A DNA stretch of 64,000 nt from Azolla caroliniana. Taxonomy: Eukaryota > Plantae > Polypodiophyta. Positions 38,950 to 52,700 of this stretch are shown in pieces (position 1 is the first letter of the stretch; each line of letters begins with the position of its first letter). Both the position numbers and the translations under genes were made by a program. The notes under the pieces were generated by a model, which saw only the letters and a program-made list of their open reading frames with translations, had not been told where the DNA came from and ran no database searches. The stretch covers positions 1,116,001 to 1,180,000 of the forward strand of contig JBHGNT010000009.1 in the NCBI GenBank assembly GCA_043228905.1, written 5' to 3'.

Positions 38950-41450
38950 TTAATGGATATGTTTTTTTTATTGTGATGACTCCATTTCAACCACCTACAC
39001 ATGATGCATTTTTGCCTATAATCTTGACACCTTTTGAAGCTTCTATATTTTGCTATCGACAATTCACTAACGATCATCACCACCCCCTTGGATGACACTG
39101 AGAAACACCTAACCCTCTTTCTCACCACATGGCTAGTGAACCATGTCTTCCAAGTGCTTGAGCTTGGATGACACCAATGCATCCCAATTCTTCATGGAAA
39201 ATGCTCTTTTCCTTTAATGCAGAAATTGTCATTCCTCATTTCTGCTATCAATGGGCATATAATCCTCATCAAGGAGGAGAATGGTGATGCTACTATTTTC
39301 AACTTTCTTTGTACAACACATCAAATTCATCATCTATGTAGATAGTCATTAGAATTCATGAATGTATCTGACTTTGGGACGTGATTCACAATACACTTTT
39401 ATAGACTTTAAAGGAGCCATTTCCTGCTCTCTAAAAACCCAATGGGTTGTTTTATATAAAATATAATCATGGTGGTTTTCAACCAAGGATGTGGTATTTA
39501 CATCCCTTTGGCCAACACTATAACATCCATTGCTACGAATTCATGCATGTTCCATAATGTGGTCAACTAATACATAAACATCTTCATGATGAACAAAGGA
39601 TCCATCTTCCGACTATCCTTTAATAGATTTATGAGAGATATATCGATTTTATTATCATCCTTGAAGGTCAAATATGTCTTATGGAACCAAAAGTGAAACA
39701 ATTCAATTTTATTGATTGTTGTAATTGAGATTGCACGTTGTGACCACAAGAAAATTTGTGTACATGCTGGACGAGATTGAGAATGTACTACAAACTGAGT
39801 TAACGAACATGGGGTATTGTATCAAAATGTTATAGACTCATCAACAAGTCTCCTCTCTTGTGCCCCATCTCACATTGAAGATAATGTGAGCTAAGCCATA
39901 TGAAAACCATGATGTGAATGGTGAGAAAAAGGATAGGTTGTCGCATGTATCAATGTTAAGTGCAATTTCCATGTTCGGCAAGGTATATGGCTTTGTAATT
40001 TGTTGCAACATATTAGATTAGATCATTTTTGGCATCCATATAGAGGCCAATATATTACCATGCGACTTGAGCACACAAGTTTTCTTGATGTGTGTCTTCT
40101 AGTGGACTTTCTTTCGTGTGACACTCAAGTCATCGCTCCTTTTTACTATGTCACCATAGCTTTTACGAATTGCACTATATGTTGAGCATGTAAAAAATGA
40201 GTGATATACATCCTCTAGTAGCCCTTCTTTTCATACCTTGCATGCTTGTGACATATTTTGATGTCATAATGCAACTTCAGTACCTAGCTTGTGTGATCAA
40301 GTGCAGAGGAATGTGGGCTCTACGAGAGTTAATATTGATTTTAATAATGAGATAAGGTTGAATATAATCAATATGCCTTATTTCCTTATATTGAACCTAA
40401 CGTCCAGGGTTGATATTTGCGATGTAATAATCCAATTTTGTCCTCTATGGGAGATATATGCACGTAACATGTCCTCCATAGTTTCATTCGTCGATTTAGG
40501 TCAACCGATTTCAAGATCATTTGATGGGGACATGCACAAGTTGTTTTGAGTTTTTAAAATACTATTTGTCAATATTGTTTGGTAAGGTTGGGATTCCTGT
40601 TGCTAGATATTTGATTGGGAAAACAATATTATTTATTAATATAAATCTCCATGAGTAAGCCAACTAGTTCATGGCCCTTAACACTAGTTTTGGTAAGAAT
40701 AAATAGTGTCATTTTCGTAATGAAAAAATTTCCTCTATTTGTTTGATATGAAACCATAACAAAATCCATGGATAAGTGTCTTCATCTAGTAAGGTATCTC
40801 TAATGTGTGTAGTTGCTTGAAAATCTTATGTACATTTCAGATTTATTTGTGACAAAAGAATATTGACTTCTCAAGTCCAATGCTTAGAGCATGCTAGGTT
40901 GTGACCTTGATAAACTAATTGTGTTCAGTCATCCTCATGTTGCATATCTTGATTTCACTTTTTAAAAGTTCGAGGAATAATGAGAAAACAATTATATATA
41001 TGTATATGCTTAAAATTTTGCTTTGGTGGATTTTTAGTAAAGAGAATGATTTTAATTGCAAAGGAATCTGTTGCATTGATAATAAAAAATGATGCATGTT
41101 CAATAGAAAGTTAACAGGTTTAACATTGACATCTAGCATGTGCATCCTAATGAATTCTCAACTATTGTGGTATTGTGGGGAATATCCAAGAAATTGATTA
41201 TCATTCATTTCTCATATTCATCTTGGATGTGAATTTGTTTTAGGTAATTTTATAAGGATCCAATACTATAACTTTGATGGGATTGCTTATCTTGGAAGGG
41301 GAGTCTACCAATGAGACTGAGCATGAATTTGCATGAGGTTGTGACTAATGTCACTATATGCATGATGCATTGTGGTATCATTGTAGGTGTTTTCATGTTT
41401 CTTACATTGATCTAATTTATTACTAGGTGAACTTCTGCAACAAGTGCATC
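38950..41450 (-). mobile_element. Highly decayed Ty1/Copia pol relic
   Basis: Minus-strand remnants YIKQPIGF (cf. IYMxQPxGF) near 39440, IYIDD near 39335, HAYSDIS (cf. LVHSD) near 41350 and YSPQ (cf. YTPQQNG) near 41180. Many stops; boundaries approximate. Confidence 0.5.
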
Positions 41451-41470
41451 CTAAATTACTTTTAGCTATT

Positions 41471-41773
41471 ATGGTATCGTTGACAATATCATAGAAATTC
41501 ATAATTTTTCTTTTAATATATTCATTTTAGACATGAATTGTTTCAAAAAAGTTTTCCTAGGACCAAGGAGTTTTGAAGGGATTCTAATGGTTTTTTTGCG
41601 TCTAACTCCATGAAACAATGGTATTGTTGACAATATCATAGAAATTCATAATTTTTCTTTTAATATATTCATTTTAGACATGAATTGTTTCAAAATAGTT
41701 TTCCTAGAACCAAATGTTATAGTTTTGAAGGGATTCTAATGGTTTTTTTGCGTCTAACTCCATGAAACAATGG
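41471..41773. repeat. About 150-bp tandem duplication
   Basis: ATGGTAT.GTTGACAATATCATAGAAATTC...CTAACTCCATGAAACAATGG x2. Confidence 0.92.
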
Positions 41774-43670
41774 ACACACAAGGGCACATCTATGTTTCCT
41801 TCATAATGTGATCAAGTTGCGTTTTATATGAGTGAAGTGGTTCAATTCCAAAAGGTCATCCCACACAACATGAAATTTGATGAGGCTTGTCAAGGTGAAC
41901 ATGGAAAATTTTAACACTTGAAGAGACGAATCTGGTGTGCTAAGGAGATGAAGAACAATGGCTTTAGTGGCAATATACTTGTCTATGTGCTAAGAGACAT
42001 AGATTTGGCCCTAGACAACTTTAAACCATTTCCATGTAGCAACATGTGTCACAATAAACATAGTTTCCTAATAATTCTATTCTACACTTCTTGATTTCAA
42101 ATTTCCATCATTTTTGCTAATTTTCGATTGATTGAAGAAGAATTTTAATGTTAACAATGTACATACATGAGAAACTCTTTTCCTTGAAAGATTACGAGAG
42201 AACTACGTTTGGGTAAATCTAACTTTGGACGCCCGAGGTGGATAGGGTATGTATGAGAGTCAACAAATTCTCGTGTCTATAATTTGATAGTCAATGTTAG
42301 CCTATGTCATACTTCTCAAGTACTGCTCGATATAAAGGCATGAAAGAAATTTACCATGAACTCTAAAGCAAAACAATGAGAGTTGCATGGACCATTCCCA
42401 TGTACTTGTTTTTGCTTATTTTGTCTTTTGGATCCTAAAATTTGACCAACCATCTATGCAAACTAGGAATAATTGTGCTAATATTATTTTTAACATTGTA
42501 TTGGATGATTCTAGAAATGCAATGACTTCTTATATGAGCCACAAACATTGTCAAATATCCTTCACAACACTTGGCCTTAAATATAATCTCCACACTTGAT
42601 TCTCTTATGATATTCGGGTAAAAAAGAAGGGAATGTGAGTTCTTGCATCACAACTAAATGAGGACAATCCACCAACTTGGAAGATACCAATAGGTCTTAT
42701 AAGTGGACATGTGGAAGCGGTGATAGTTGGTACCAATTAAAGAGTAGATGATATCCATGATCAAATGACATGACCATGAGAACTTGGATACTACCAACTT
42801 TAACACTGGTGGACATTGATAACAATTTAAACGCTTTACAAGATCAATCGTGTTGACATTTAGTTTGACAATTGATAGAAAAAGGATCTATATTATAAAG
42901 ACCCTAACTGATAGATTAGGGTTGGCAAATCAAGCACAAAATCATTAAATATGCCCATTAAGTCTCATTTTTAGTGATACAATATGATATTGATATTATT
43001 TTGATGTAAACATATGAACATGTTCATGAAAAAATCAAAGGACATTATCAATGCCATGTTGGTTGTATGTTGAAATGTTTTTTTTATGTTTGTACAAATT
43101 GGATAAAATTGTTCAAATAATTATAAGTGATCTCCAAATATTACAATAATAGCTTTTTAACATTCAACACATTATTTCCGTATAATAAAAGCATCAATGA
43201 TTGCATTCCCAACACTAACATCTTGAATGCCTTCAATAGATGTGTCCTAAAAGGTCAATTTTGACATATATTGTTAAGTGATGAACATTGCAATTTAGAC
43301 TACAAATTCTGACTAAGAGAGAAATGTGTGTAGATGTACGTCATGGCTAAGAATGTGAGAGCAACAAACATGACAAGTAAAGTGTGGTAGGTGGAGCATT
43401 CAGTAAAGCATGACACGAAGACTCATTAACCTAGACGTAACAAAGTATGCATAGTCTATGTCTCTAAGTACCGTCCCATCGCCCATTCTCCCATCAAAGA
43501 GAATTCAAGCCAAGGTGCATGAAAGAGCAAATGAGCATATGTAGACAAGAGGATAGAATCGAGCACATATGGGTGAGTGCAATTTGATTGTTTCAAGAAG
43601 AAGATGATTGTGAAGATAAGTGCAACACATGTAGTATATGTGAAGCATGAACCCATGCACATATTTGAAG

Positions 43671-43837
43671 CATAGTTCTAGCCATACGTCCCATTCGTGT
43701 CATACTCAAACGCCAATATTCGTATCATACTCATACGTGAAAAGGCTCCAAGTATGATTGAAATCCATACGCGGTACATAGATATATTATATATAGATAT
43801 GGTGTATATGGTGTACATAGTGTGTGTGTGTGTGAGG

Positions 43838-43881
<44 letters not shown>

Positions 43882-44268
43882 ATGTGTGATCTAGAGAGAG
43901 AAGCCCTGTTTTGCATGTGTGAGGAGATAGTGATTGAGTGTATATCTAGACTCTAGAGAGAGAGAGAGAGAGAGGAGCTATGGGTTTTGTCTGTGTGAGG
44001 GAGTATGTAATATGTATATTAGATATCTAGATTTTGTAGAGAGAGAAAATATGTCAGTTCTCGTGTGTGTGAGAGAGAGAGAGAGTGTGTATGTGTGTCA
44101 GATGTCACTTCTATTCACAAAATATTATGAATATCAAAAATTAAAAAAACCAAAAAAAAGTCAAAAAAAAAGAAAGAAGCCAAACGAATATCGCGTATCA
44201 TACGCGTACGTTTGCAAACGTTCGCGTACGTCCAGTAAATTGGACGTACGCGAATATTAGGAACTATG
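43671..44268. mobile_element. hAT-type non-autonomous element (CATAGT family)
   Basis: TIRs CATAGTTC / GAACTATG; perfect 8-bp TSD ATTTGAAG at 43663-43670 and 44269-44276; internal (AG)n; hairpin TTCGCGTACGTCCA-N6-TGGACGTACGCGAA at 44221-44254. Confidence 0.9.
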
Positions 44269-44946
44269 ATTTGAAGCCATGACTCATGCATGACATAAAA
44301 AGAAAATACTCATTCATCGAGAAATATGTAGACGCATCATGAAGGAATTGTAATGCATGATAAAGGAAAGGAGGGGGGCCTCCATGAAATATAATAGTCA
44401 CAATTATGAGACAACCCTTATTGAGCCACCAAATTTATACTTTAGTAGCATCTCCTCGTTTGGACTATGCCTAAATTGTTGTTTACATTTTGTCTACATT
44501 TTTTGAAGTCTCACTAACGTGCCACATTTGGAGCAACTATCTATCTTTAAATGAAAGAGCCAAACACAATTGACATTGGGCAACAAGTAAATTTGATATC
44601 CATGAAGCTCTCTAGGTGCCTACACTAAATTTTTTTTGAAATAGCTGTCAATACTTATTGATGAAAAATACAACAAAAGTTGTGCATAGTTTAAAAGGGT
44701 TTGATTGAAAAGGTTTGTTTGAAAGGCTTTCATAAGATGCATTGAAAGAAGCATTATGTGTAAAGCATACGTTATGCATTTCCATTTGTTGCTATGAATT
44801 TCGAAACATGTGCATGCACCGAAACAATCTTATATTGTTTAATTCTCTCATTCTATTTCTATTAATCAACTCCTTACATTAATCCTGATATTTTCTCTTT
44901 AACAACGCCTCTCAAAGTAATAGATTGGGTCTCAAATAAATCTATC

Positions 44947-45010
<64 letters not shown>

Positions 45011-45102
45011 CACAAATCTGATCATGGGTGGTGACAGATCTTACAACGTAGTTGGTATTCTAAATTGCCACTTGTTGCAAAGGTAGTCATTTGGAGAGTT
45101 TT

Positions 45103-45416
45103 TGTCGTGACTTGAGAATAGGAGAGAGAAAAATAAGATGACAATAGAAGGTAGAGGGAGAGAGAGAAAGAACACTAGAAATGGAAAGAGAGTTTATATT
45201 ATAAGAGAGCAAGGATTACAAAGAGTAGGTTAAGGGGCTACAAACTGGTGTTGAACCGAATGAGTTGTGATGAATGAATAGACACCTATTTATAGGTCCT
45301 TATGGAGTATTCTAGAATATTTTAGATATTTATGATATTTAATATAATCATGGAATATCCTAGAATGTTCTGGAATACTCTAGAATGTTCTAGAATACTC
45401 TAAATATCTTGTAACA
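45103..45416 (-). mobile_element. Solo-LTR-like element with a heat-shock-element array
   Basis: TGTCGTGA...CTTGTAACA (TG...CA); CTATTTATAG (TATA on the minus strand) at about 45286; phased GAAnnTTC repeats at 45351-45400. No TSD found. Confidence 0.6.
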
Positions 45417-45451
45417 ACTAATAATATATTTATTATAACTATACATCATAT

Positions 45452-45521
45452 ATGTTAGTATAATGGTTAAAGGTTTAACTTACAGACCTAGATGTCTTGG
45501 GCTCGAATCCTTGTAAGGCCA
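45452..45521 (+). mobile_element. tRNA-derived SINE-like head
   Basis: TAGTATAATGGTTAA (A-box-like) and GGGCTCGAATCC (B-box-like) at tRNA spacing. Confidence 0.4.
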
Positions 45522-45529
45522 AAATGTAT

Positions 45530-46120
45530 GTTGTCATGACAGTTTTGATCGGAGGATTGCCTTTGGGATTAGTTTTAAAGCGTTGTGGACTAGCAACAGG
45601 TACCTGCTTCTTTTGCACAGTTCAAATAGAAGATAGTACTCATCGATTTATACAATGTCCAATTGCTTGTCAAATTTGGAGTTACATTTCTCAAATTTGG
45701 CAAGTTTTATCACGAAGTTATTTGACACCTAGACAATGGGTGTTTGCACAATTTACACAGGCTGACCCAAAATCAGAGATCGAGATTGTTTTCCTATTTC
45801 TGAGATATTGGGGATTGGGTCATAATTGGAACATGCGCAACGCTTTTGTATTTGATGGTAGACATGGAGTGAAAGCATATCTACGAAAGTTGAAGGGAGT
45901 ACTAATGTAACAATTTTCTTTATTGGAACAAGTAGAAATTCTTTCCTCGATGGAGTGTTCGTCTTGCCTATTGGCAATTCAACATGTTCCACTACCCATG
46001 TAGTGTAGTGTGGTTAGTGTGTGACCATACTCCATTGTCACACGTATTGTAAGTAGTGTTTTTCACACACATTTATTAATATAATTGTGTGTTTTCACCA
46101 AAAGAGAGAGAGAGAGAGAG
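45530..46120 (+). mobile_element. L1-type LINE 3' fragment (zf-RVT)
   Basis: LIGGLPLG...CFFCTVQIEDSTHRFIQCPIACQIW...WNMRNAFVF, followed by a 3' UTR ending in an A/AG tract. Confidence 0.8.
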
Positions 46121-46687
46121 AACGATCGATTTAGTTATCTCTGGTATGTTATGCTAGATAGTGCACGCGGATCGTTGTGATGTCTTGTATCAATCAAAAC
46201 TACAGCTTAAAATCAAAGCCCATTTCATAACATTCAATTGACCATTTAAAAGTGTTTACTAATCCAAAAGAGAAGACAATAAGCTTCCATATTGTATTCA
46301 CCCATCCATATCTATGTGACCAATCATATCCCAACCCCATCATATTCTTATATTCTATTTGCATTATGTTATTAATCTTCTCTTAGTAGTTAGAATAACT
46401 TTGCACCATGCACACAAATATTCTTAATCCGCTTTACCTTGAGCCCAACATGTCACTCAATGAATGTACAAGAGCCATTTTCTAAGACAAGCCTACAATG
46501 TTAACCACACATTGTTAGTGACCTAGGAACATGCACAAAATACACACAGATATTAACAAGGGATAGATGGTGCCTCTCTCAAATTCAAGTCGGGTAAGGA
46601 TCATCAAACCTAGACAATCAACAGATTCTAGTGCCCCCTCCCGTCATCGTCTAATGTGCCAAGTTACAAACTTGAGTTGCTCATGTA

Positions 46688-47141
46688 TAACAATTGGCAA
46701 CGGTTCGGTTCAGTTTGAGAGGGTCCAAACCGTTTAAATTTTTTGAAACCTGAACCAAACTGTGAAACCGTTAAACATTTTTCAAACCGGTAAACCATTA
46801 AACCGTAAAAACCGCGGTTTCGTGGTTCGGTTTAGGTTTTCAACATAGGTCAAATTTTTAATTTTTTAAAATTTTTAAAATTTTTAAGATGTTCCTAAAA
46901 TGTGAAAATAAGGTCTAAAATGAAAAGATTGTTTAAAAACAATTATTATTATTCTTTTGAATTAAAAAAAAAATTTACAATTTTTTTTAAAAAGAAAATA
47001 AAAAATAACAAATAAATAACTGTTAAACCGTTTAAACTGCGATTTTTATTGATGAAACCGAACCGAACCCAAACCGTTGAAACCGTTAAGCCATTAACCC
47101 GTGGTTCGGTTCGGTTCAAACCGAACCGTTGCCGATTGTTA
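46688..47141. mobile_element. hAT-type MITE (same family as 19154-19493)
   Basis: TIRs TAACAATTGGCAACGG / CCGTTGCCGATTGTTA; perfect 8-bp TSD CTCATGTA at 46680-46687 and 47142-47149. Confidence 0.92.
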
Positions 47142-49195
47142 CTCATGTACCTATCCCAAGCATAAATCTAGATCATTTGATGTCACATTTGTTTTTTAGA
47201 ACATGGCCATCTATTCATACGAGAATGCCAAAAGTGGGCATGTCTATCTACATCCCTAGCACTACCATGTTCAACATCTCTTGGGGGATATTGAAATTAG
47301 TTCACTCATGCAAACCATTATCCAACATGAAAAATTATGAAAAAACTAATCTTCACCAATATAAAGTTAAATAATAGAAACAAGATGCAATGCAAATTAC
47401 TAGAAAAATTAGAGAATAAAATATATGATATTCAAGGCCTTAAAATGATGTAAGCTACCAATTGTCGTAAGTTGTGTGTTGATTGCTCATCAGGGTCTCC
47501 TTAATAGGACCATATAATTTAGGAGATGTTTATACATGAGACATATGCAAGACCAAATCCCACGACCCTCCTTGTAGACAAGGAATACTATCGCTAATGC
47601 TATGGTCCTCCATATGAAGAACAACATGAAGGTTAGACAACAAACAAGGACAATTGTCTATTCACGAAGAACAATAGCGAGACGCAACATGATCAAAGAT
47701 ATATCAAAATCTTCCTTGTAACAAGTGACACCAAATAACACATTATTATCATTCTTATACAAAATCTCACAACAAATGCATCCTTTGTTAGCTTGATGCC
47801 ACTCATCCAGATGGGAAACATTAGATGCTATCGTTTTATTAGAACGAGAGGTAGAGGGAGGGAGAAGGTAGGCTATTTTAGTAGTTTTCATTGTTGAAAC
47901 CCTAGAGTTATTATCTCCTAAGGAGTTCCAAATATATGAGTTAGTACGGCACCATATTTGCCTTTGGTGTTTGTTTTTGTTGTTGCATGGCTTCTCATAG
48001 TGTATACGATCTCCATTGAGATCCCAAGGTTGTCTATCTTTGAGGTTTTGTAAGTGTATTTATTTTCTCTTTTCATAACAATAGAAATCCTTTCATATAT
48101 GCGTACACACTCGCACACATAGAGGTTTCCCCTACCGTGCTAACATTCACATTTTGCCCAATTTTGGAATGTTGGCAAATTGCTTCCAAGAGTTGTGCGC
48201 TAATCTTGTTGAATTTGTTTAGTTTTTGAAGTCAACATAATTGCTAAAAAGAAATTAATTGACACACTTTAATATTGTATGATGTATCATGTGTAACAAA
48301 AGATAGTCTCAAACACAACAAGATTGTTAAAATGTCTATGGATCAAATGGCAAAAATAATTCACTCCATGGCACATATTGAGAGTTGGCACTTCTAAAGC
48401 ATCATTTCGGGTAAGGGATGTTTTTTTGCTAGAAATATATCCAAACTATGAAAGGACTAATTTGTGCTCATTTCATTACTATTGTTGATTCATCATGGAA
48501 AATTTAAAGTTTGTGATAAACCAATAAAAAAACCATCTAGTTCCAATTCTTATCTATGACTAAAAAGATATGCACTCTTTCATGATCAAGTTTCTTACCT
48601 TGATATGCATTTCGTTTTCTTTTATAGCTCAATTCCCTTTTAAAGTAATACTATATTAAACGAGAAGATAAAACCCAAAACAATTTCAAAGTGGAACGTA
48701 CAAAGTATACAATAGATACTAAATGCATACTAATATCTCGAAGAAGATGTTTATTTGCACCTTTGTGATCCATGGTATCAAGCATATGCCATTTCTAGTT
48801 TTGATGTGATCGATAATTGATGTCGAGCCTTTTCCTAGGTTAGGTGTGTGATCGTGTGGACCATAGTGGTTGTTCAGTGCTTGTCAAATGACATTTCATG
48901 TTCCTTGCTTAGAAACATACACCACGTTGCATGTGAAAGCAAAAGAGGGAGGCCAAATGGCATGCAATATGAAAAGTGAAGAGACAAATATATCGATTGG
49001 TTGATGAATGAATGTACACAAGAGGAATCATTTTTGGGTTAGAGCAAATATGGCTTGGGGCTATTTTTTGCCCCTTGCTCAGGCTTATAAAAATCCATAG
49101 AGAAGACACACAAGCCACACACAAAACACTCAACTCAACTCAACTCACTCACTCACTCATTATTCACTCACACATTTTCCTAGTCATCTCCTGAC

Positions 49196-50533
49196 ATGGG
49201 TGTTTCCTCCATAGCTCTGGTGCTACTACTCCTTCAAGTCTTTATGGAGATGTCGCCATCGTGGTCGTCCATGTCCCCGACCGTAATGCTCCACGTGAGT
49301 GCTTCCCGTGCCGCATTTAATGCGGACTCAGACTCCTCGGCCTTGGTTAATGACACATCCGTGTCTTGTCCCACCTTCACGTCCGCCCTCGCCTTTGGCG
49401 ATTCCACGACCGACACCGGCAACGACATCATCAACAATCCCGTCATCTTCAACAACTCGGCGCACTTCCCATATGGCCAAACCTTCTTCCACAAGTCCAC
49501 TGGTCGGTATTGCGACGGGCGCCTCATGGTCGACTACTTCATGGCCGCGCTGGGCCAACCGCTACTCGAGCCTTCCTTGTCACTAGAGCCACAACCCACC
49601 AACAACAAATCATCATCGGCCACATCTTCATCATCAGCACAATCTAATGTTTCGTCAGCACAATCTAATGTTTCGTCGACACATACCGCATCTCAACGAA
49701 GCCACCAGAACTTTGCCTTTTCGGGCGCGACTGCCCTTGACGAGGCCACGCTGGTGGCCATTGCTGGACAACAGCTGCGCCGGGCCATATTCACAACCAT
49801 AAACCTGGCCGAGGAGCTCCGGTGGTTCGACATCGCAGTGCGCGAGCAACTGATCGACTTGAGGCGGTCGGTGGTCTACTTCGGAGAGATTGGGGGCAAC
49901 GACTACAACTATGCCATCGGGTCGGGAGACAATGCAAGCACGGTCGTGCCACGCCTCATAGGCCCCGTCATCGGCCGTCTTAACACCACCATCAACCATA
50001 TCCTTGAGCGCGGTGTCCGGCACCTTATCATCCAAGGCCAGTTCCCGCAAGGCTGCCTCTCGCTCTACTTGACTCTCTTCCGCAACATTGCCGCCCCATC
50101 CGACTACGACTCCCAAGGATGCATCGTGGCTGTGAACCGGATAAGCGCGAGGCACAACCAGCTCCTCCGCCAAGTCGTGGCCGATGCCTCGGAGGCCTAC
50201 CCGGAGGCCGAGATAGTGTTCCTTGACACTTATGCGGCCTACACACACGTACTTGCAAATGCCGCATCCTACAACATCACCAACACGTTGGATGCGTGCG
50301 ACACGAGGGACGCGTTGAGGTTCTCGGGTGGGGCGGCTGCGTTGCTTGCGCCACGTGCCGGCGAGACGTGCAAGAACCCCGAGAATTACTTGAGCTGGGA
50401 TTCGATCCACATGACGGACGCTACCTACGGGATACTGTCCCACCTCTTCTTAACCGATCGCCGCTTCTCTTCTCACTATCCCAATTTCCTCTCACATTGT
50501 GCTACTTCAAACAATGGCACCACCTCATCCTAA
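49196..50533 (+). CDS. Secreted GDSL (SGNH) esterase/lipase, intronless, 445 aa
   Basis: Hydrophobic signal peptide; block I FGDSTTDTGN; GRYCDGRL; NFAFSGA; GEIGGNDY; block V WDSIHMT; TATA at about 49086. Confidence 0.93.
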   Translation: MGVSSIALVLLLLQVFMEMSPSWSSMSPTVMLHVSASRAAFNADSDSSALVNDTSVSCPTFTSALAFGDSTTDTGNDIINNPVIFNNSAHFPYGQTFFHKSTGRYCDGRLMVDYFMAALGQPLLEPSLSLEPQPTNNKSSSATSSSSAQSNVSSAQSNVSSTHTASQRSHQNFAFSGATALDEATLVAIAGQQLRRAIFTTINLAEELRWFDIAVREQLIDLRRSVVYFGEIGGNDYNYAIGSGDNASTVVPRLIGPVIGRLNTTINHILERGVRHLIIQGQFPQGCLSLYLTLFRNIAAPSDYDSQGCIVAVNRISARHNQLLRQVVADASEAYPEAEIVFLDTYAAYTHVLANAASYNITNTLDACDTRDALRFSGGAAALLAPRAGETCKNPENYLSWDSIHMTDATYGILSHLFLTDRRFSSHYPNFLSHCATSNNGTTSS

Positions 50534-51769
50534 CTGCTTAGAACCTATGCTAGGGTTTTTGCCCCCTAGTACAAACTCGTAGTCCTATTGGTTCTATGCA
50601 ATTCCCATCCTTTGTCTCTAGTCTCTCTTGCTTCCTCTTCCTCTTAGTGTTCCTCCTGCTCAATCATACTCTTTAAGTAACTCTAGGTCTAGTTTCTCCT
50701 CCTACTCTTTACCCCCAAGTCTTCTCCTCCATTTCCTCCCTCTCCTCTTGCCTATGATTCTTTTACCTCTTCTCTAAGTTCATTTTAAGTCTAGTTGTGT
50801 TAAAAAAAGGTTATCCATGAGCTTACCAATTATGTTGATTGATCCCTCCTTCTCCTCCTAACAATAACAAGGTTTTCCTTCACATCTTGTTATTAATAAT
50901 TATAACATTAATATTTGAGATGATTGTATTGCTGCATTGGATAACAAGTCCCTACAATTTATTGAATTGGTTCACGTTCGAATCTAGAATTGAGCATCGT
51001 TTGTCTTGACTCTTGACTATGGCAACATTATTCGCTACTTTTTAAAATGATTGATTAATGTGGATATTGTAAAGGGGATTCATTATGTTCTTGTCAAATG
51101 ATTGGTGGCACATTTGTCTTTTTTGTCTAGAAAGGAGGCATAATAAAAGAAACTTAAAAGTTCAAACAAAGCATTTCTATAGGAGGTAACTGGGCCAATT
51201 CCCGCAAACCACCTATAGATTAGGTAGCGGCGACCTATCGGCTTGTTCAATTCCCACCGTGTTATCCGCTCACCCGCCTAATGCTCCTACAAACAAAAGG
51301 GAGGGTCTCCTTAGTAATTACGTGATGGGGCCTCCTTCCCCCATCTCTTGAACTAGACTGACCAATTGAAAATAATTTAAAGCGTTTTCCTTCCATTGTG
51401 TGAAATTTTATGAGTTGGTGACACATTTATCATGTTCACACGAAGTTGAGATTTTGTCCTAACTTGAAAGGATTAGGAACAATATAATTATAAAGAGGGT
51501 TTTAATTCTTTGTGCCCCCCTCCATCATGGGTGATTCCTCATTGAGTTCCAAGGAACATGATTCATCATGATGTGCCGTGACATAGTTGAGAAAGTAGTA
51601 ACCATAATGTGATTGGGATTGGGAGGTCCAATGACAAGGAATTGAGAGGTAATTGCTATCCAATGACAGTGAAATAGGAAGGAGGCTTAGCCATGCCAAA
51701 CAATCTTTTGGGTATCAACATGCCTCATAATGTTACCATAAACATAGCCCAAAATATCCACATTTAAAA

Positions 51770-52700
51770 GGTTTGCGAAGATGTTGGCCCACATGAGTGT
51801 TGTGACACTTACTTTATATTTAGATCATGTTCCTTTTCTTCAATCAAATTTAGTAAGAGGTGCTTAAAAGAAACATGACAAATGTTGTTACTCATTTTAG
51901 GACAACAAACAAAATTTATACATGATTGATTATCATCAGTAACTTTGTTCCAATTTTAGTTGTATTCTATTTCTATTTAGTTTTTATTGAAACACATTTA
52001 TTTTGGTTGATTCCTCTCAAAGAAGAGACAACATTTTAAGACGAAGTCTCTTGTTTGGTCCTATTGACCATTCTGGCCTCGTCAAGGACGTTAATATGTG
52101 TCTTTCAAAGGTAGAGTGGATCCAATTTGTTCTTTGGTGGCAAGTGTGGCAATTATGTATTCTACTTTTGTTGAGGATAATACGATTGCCATTTTCTTCT
52201 TTGGTCCTCTCGTGACAACATCTCCAACAATAACATTACATGTGACCACTTCTTGACTTACGACTGTCAACATTCCCTTTGCCAATCAAAGCCAATCCAT
52301 CAGCTTAAAGAATGTGATGGATTTGTCCATCCTTCAAGATTCATGCGATGGACTATGATTGTGATCTCAAGTAAGACAAGGCCATACCTTTTTTGTACTT
52401 TCAAGTAGCACATCTATATTGTTTAGGTCCAAGGTATAACATAAATTGTGATTCCCACAACTTAAATCAAGATGAGTACAACTAGGAAGGTATTATATAT
52501 CCATGTATATGTTGTGGGGAATGTGAATAATTTTGTCACTTTCTTTTGCACTTCTTGTAACTTCTTCAATCGATAACTTGTATGATGTTAATGTGGGTGT
52601 AGAAATGGGCTTGCATTGGAGCATATCAAAATGTTTTAGCATAGGTTCATATATTGAGATTGAGATATAGAAATTGTTCCTTTTGCAAGACTTTGCTTAG
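51770..52700 (-). mobile_element. Ty1/Copia RT-RNase H relic
   Basis: Minus-strand remnants ISQSQY, FDMLQCKPISTP, KKKMAIVLSSTKVEYI (cf. KKQxxVALSSTEAEY) and ANIF (cf. ADIFTK). Confidence 0.75.

Noticed and set aside
49655-50443. 262-aa antisense ORF over the GDSL gene
   Set aside because: Shadow ORF expected from high GC3 codon bias.
51185-51365. GC-richer island that might be an ncRNA or organellar fragment
   Set aside because: No family signature recognised; it needs an Rfam or organelle BLAST search.
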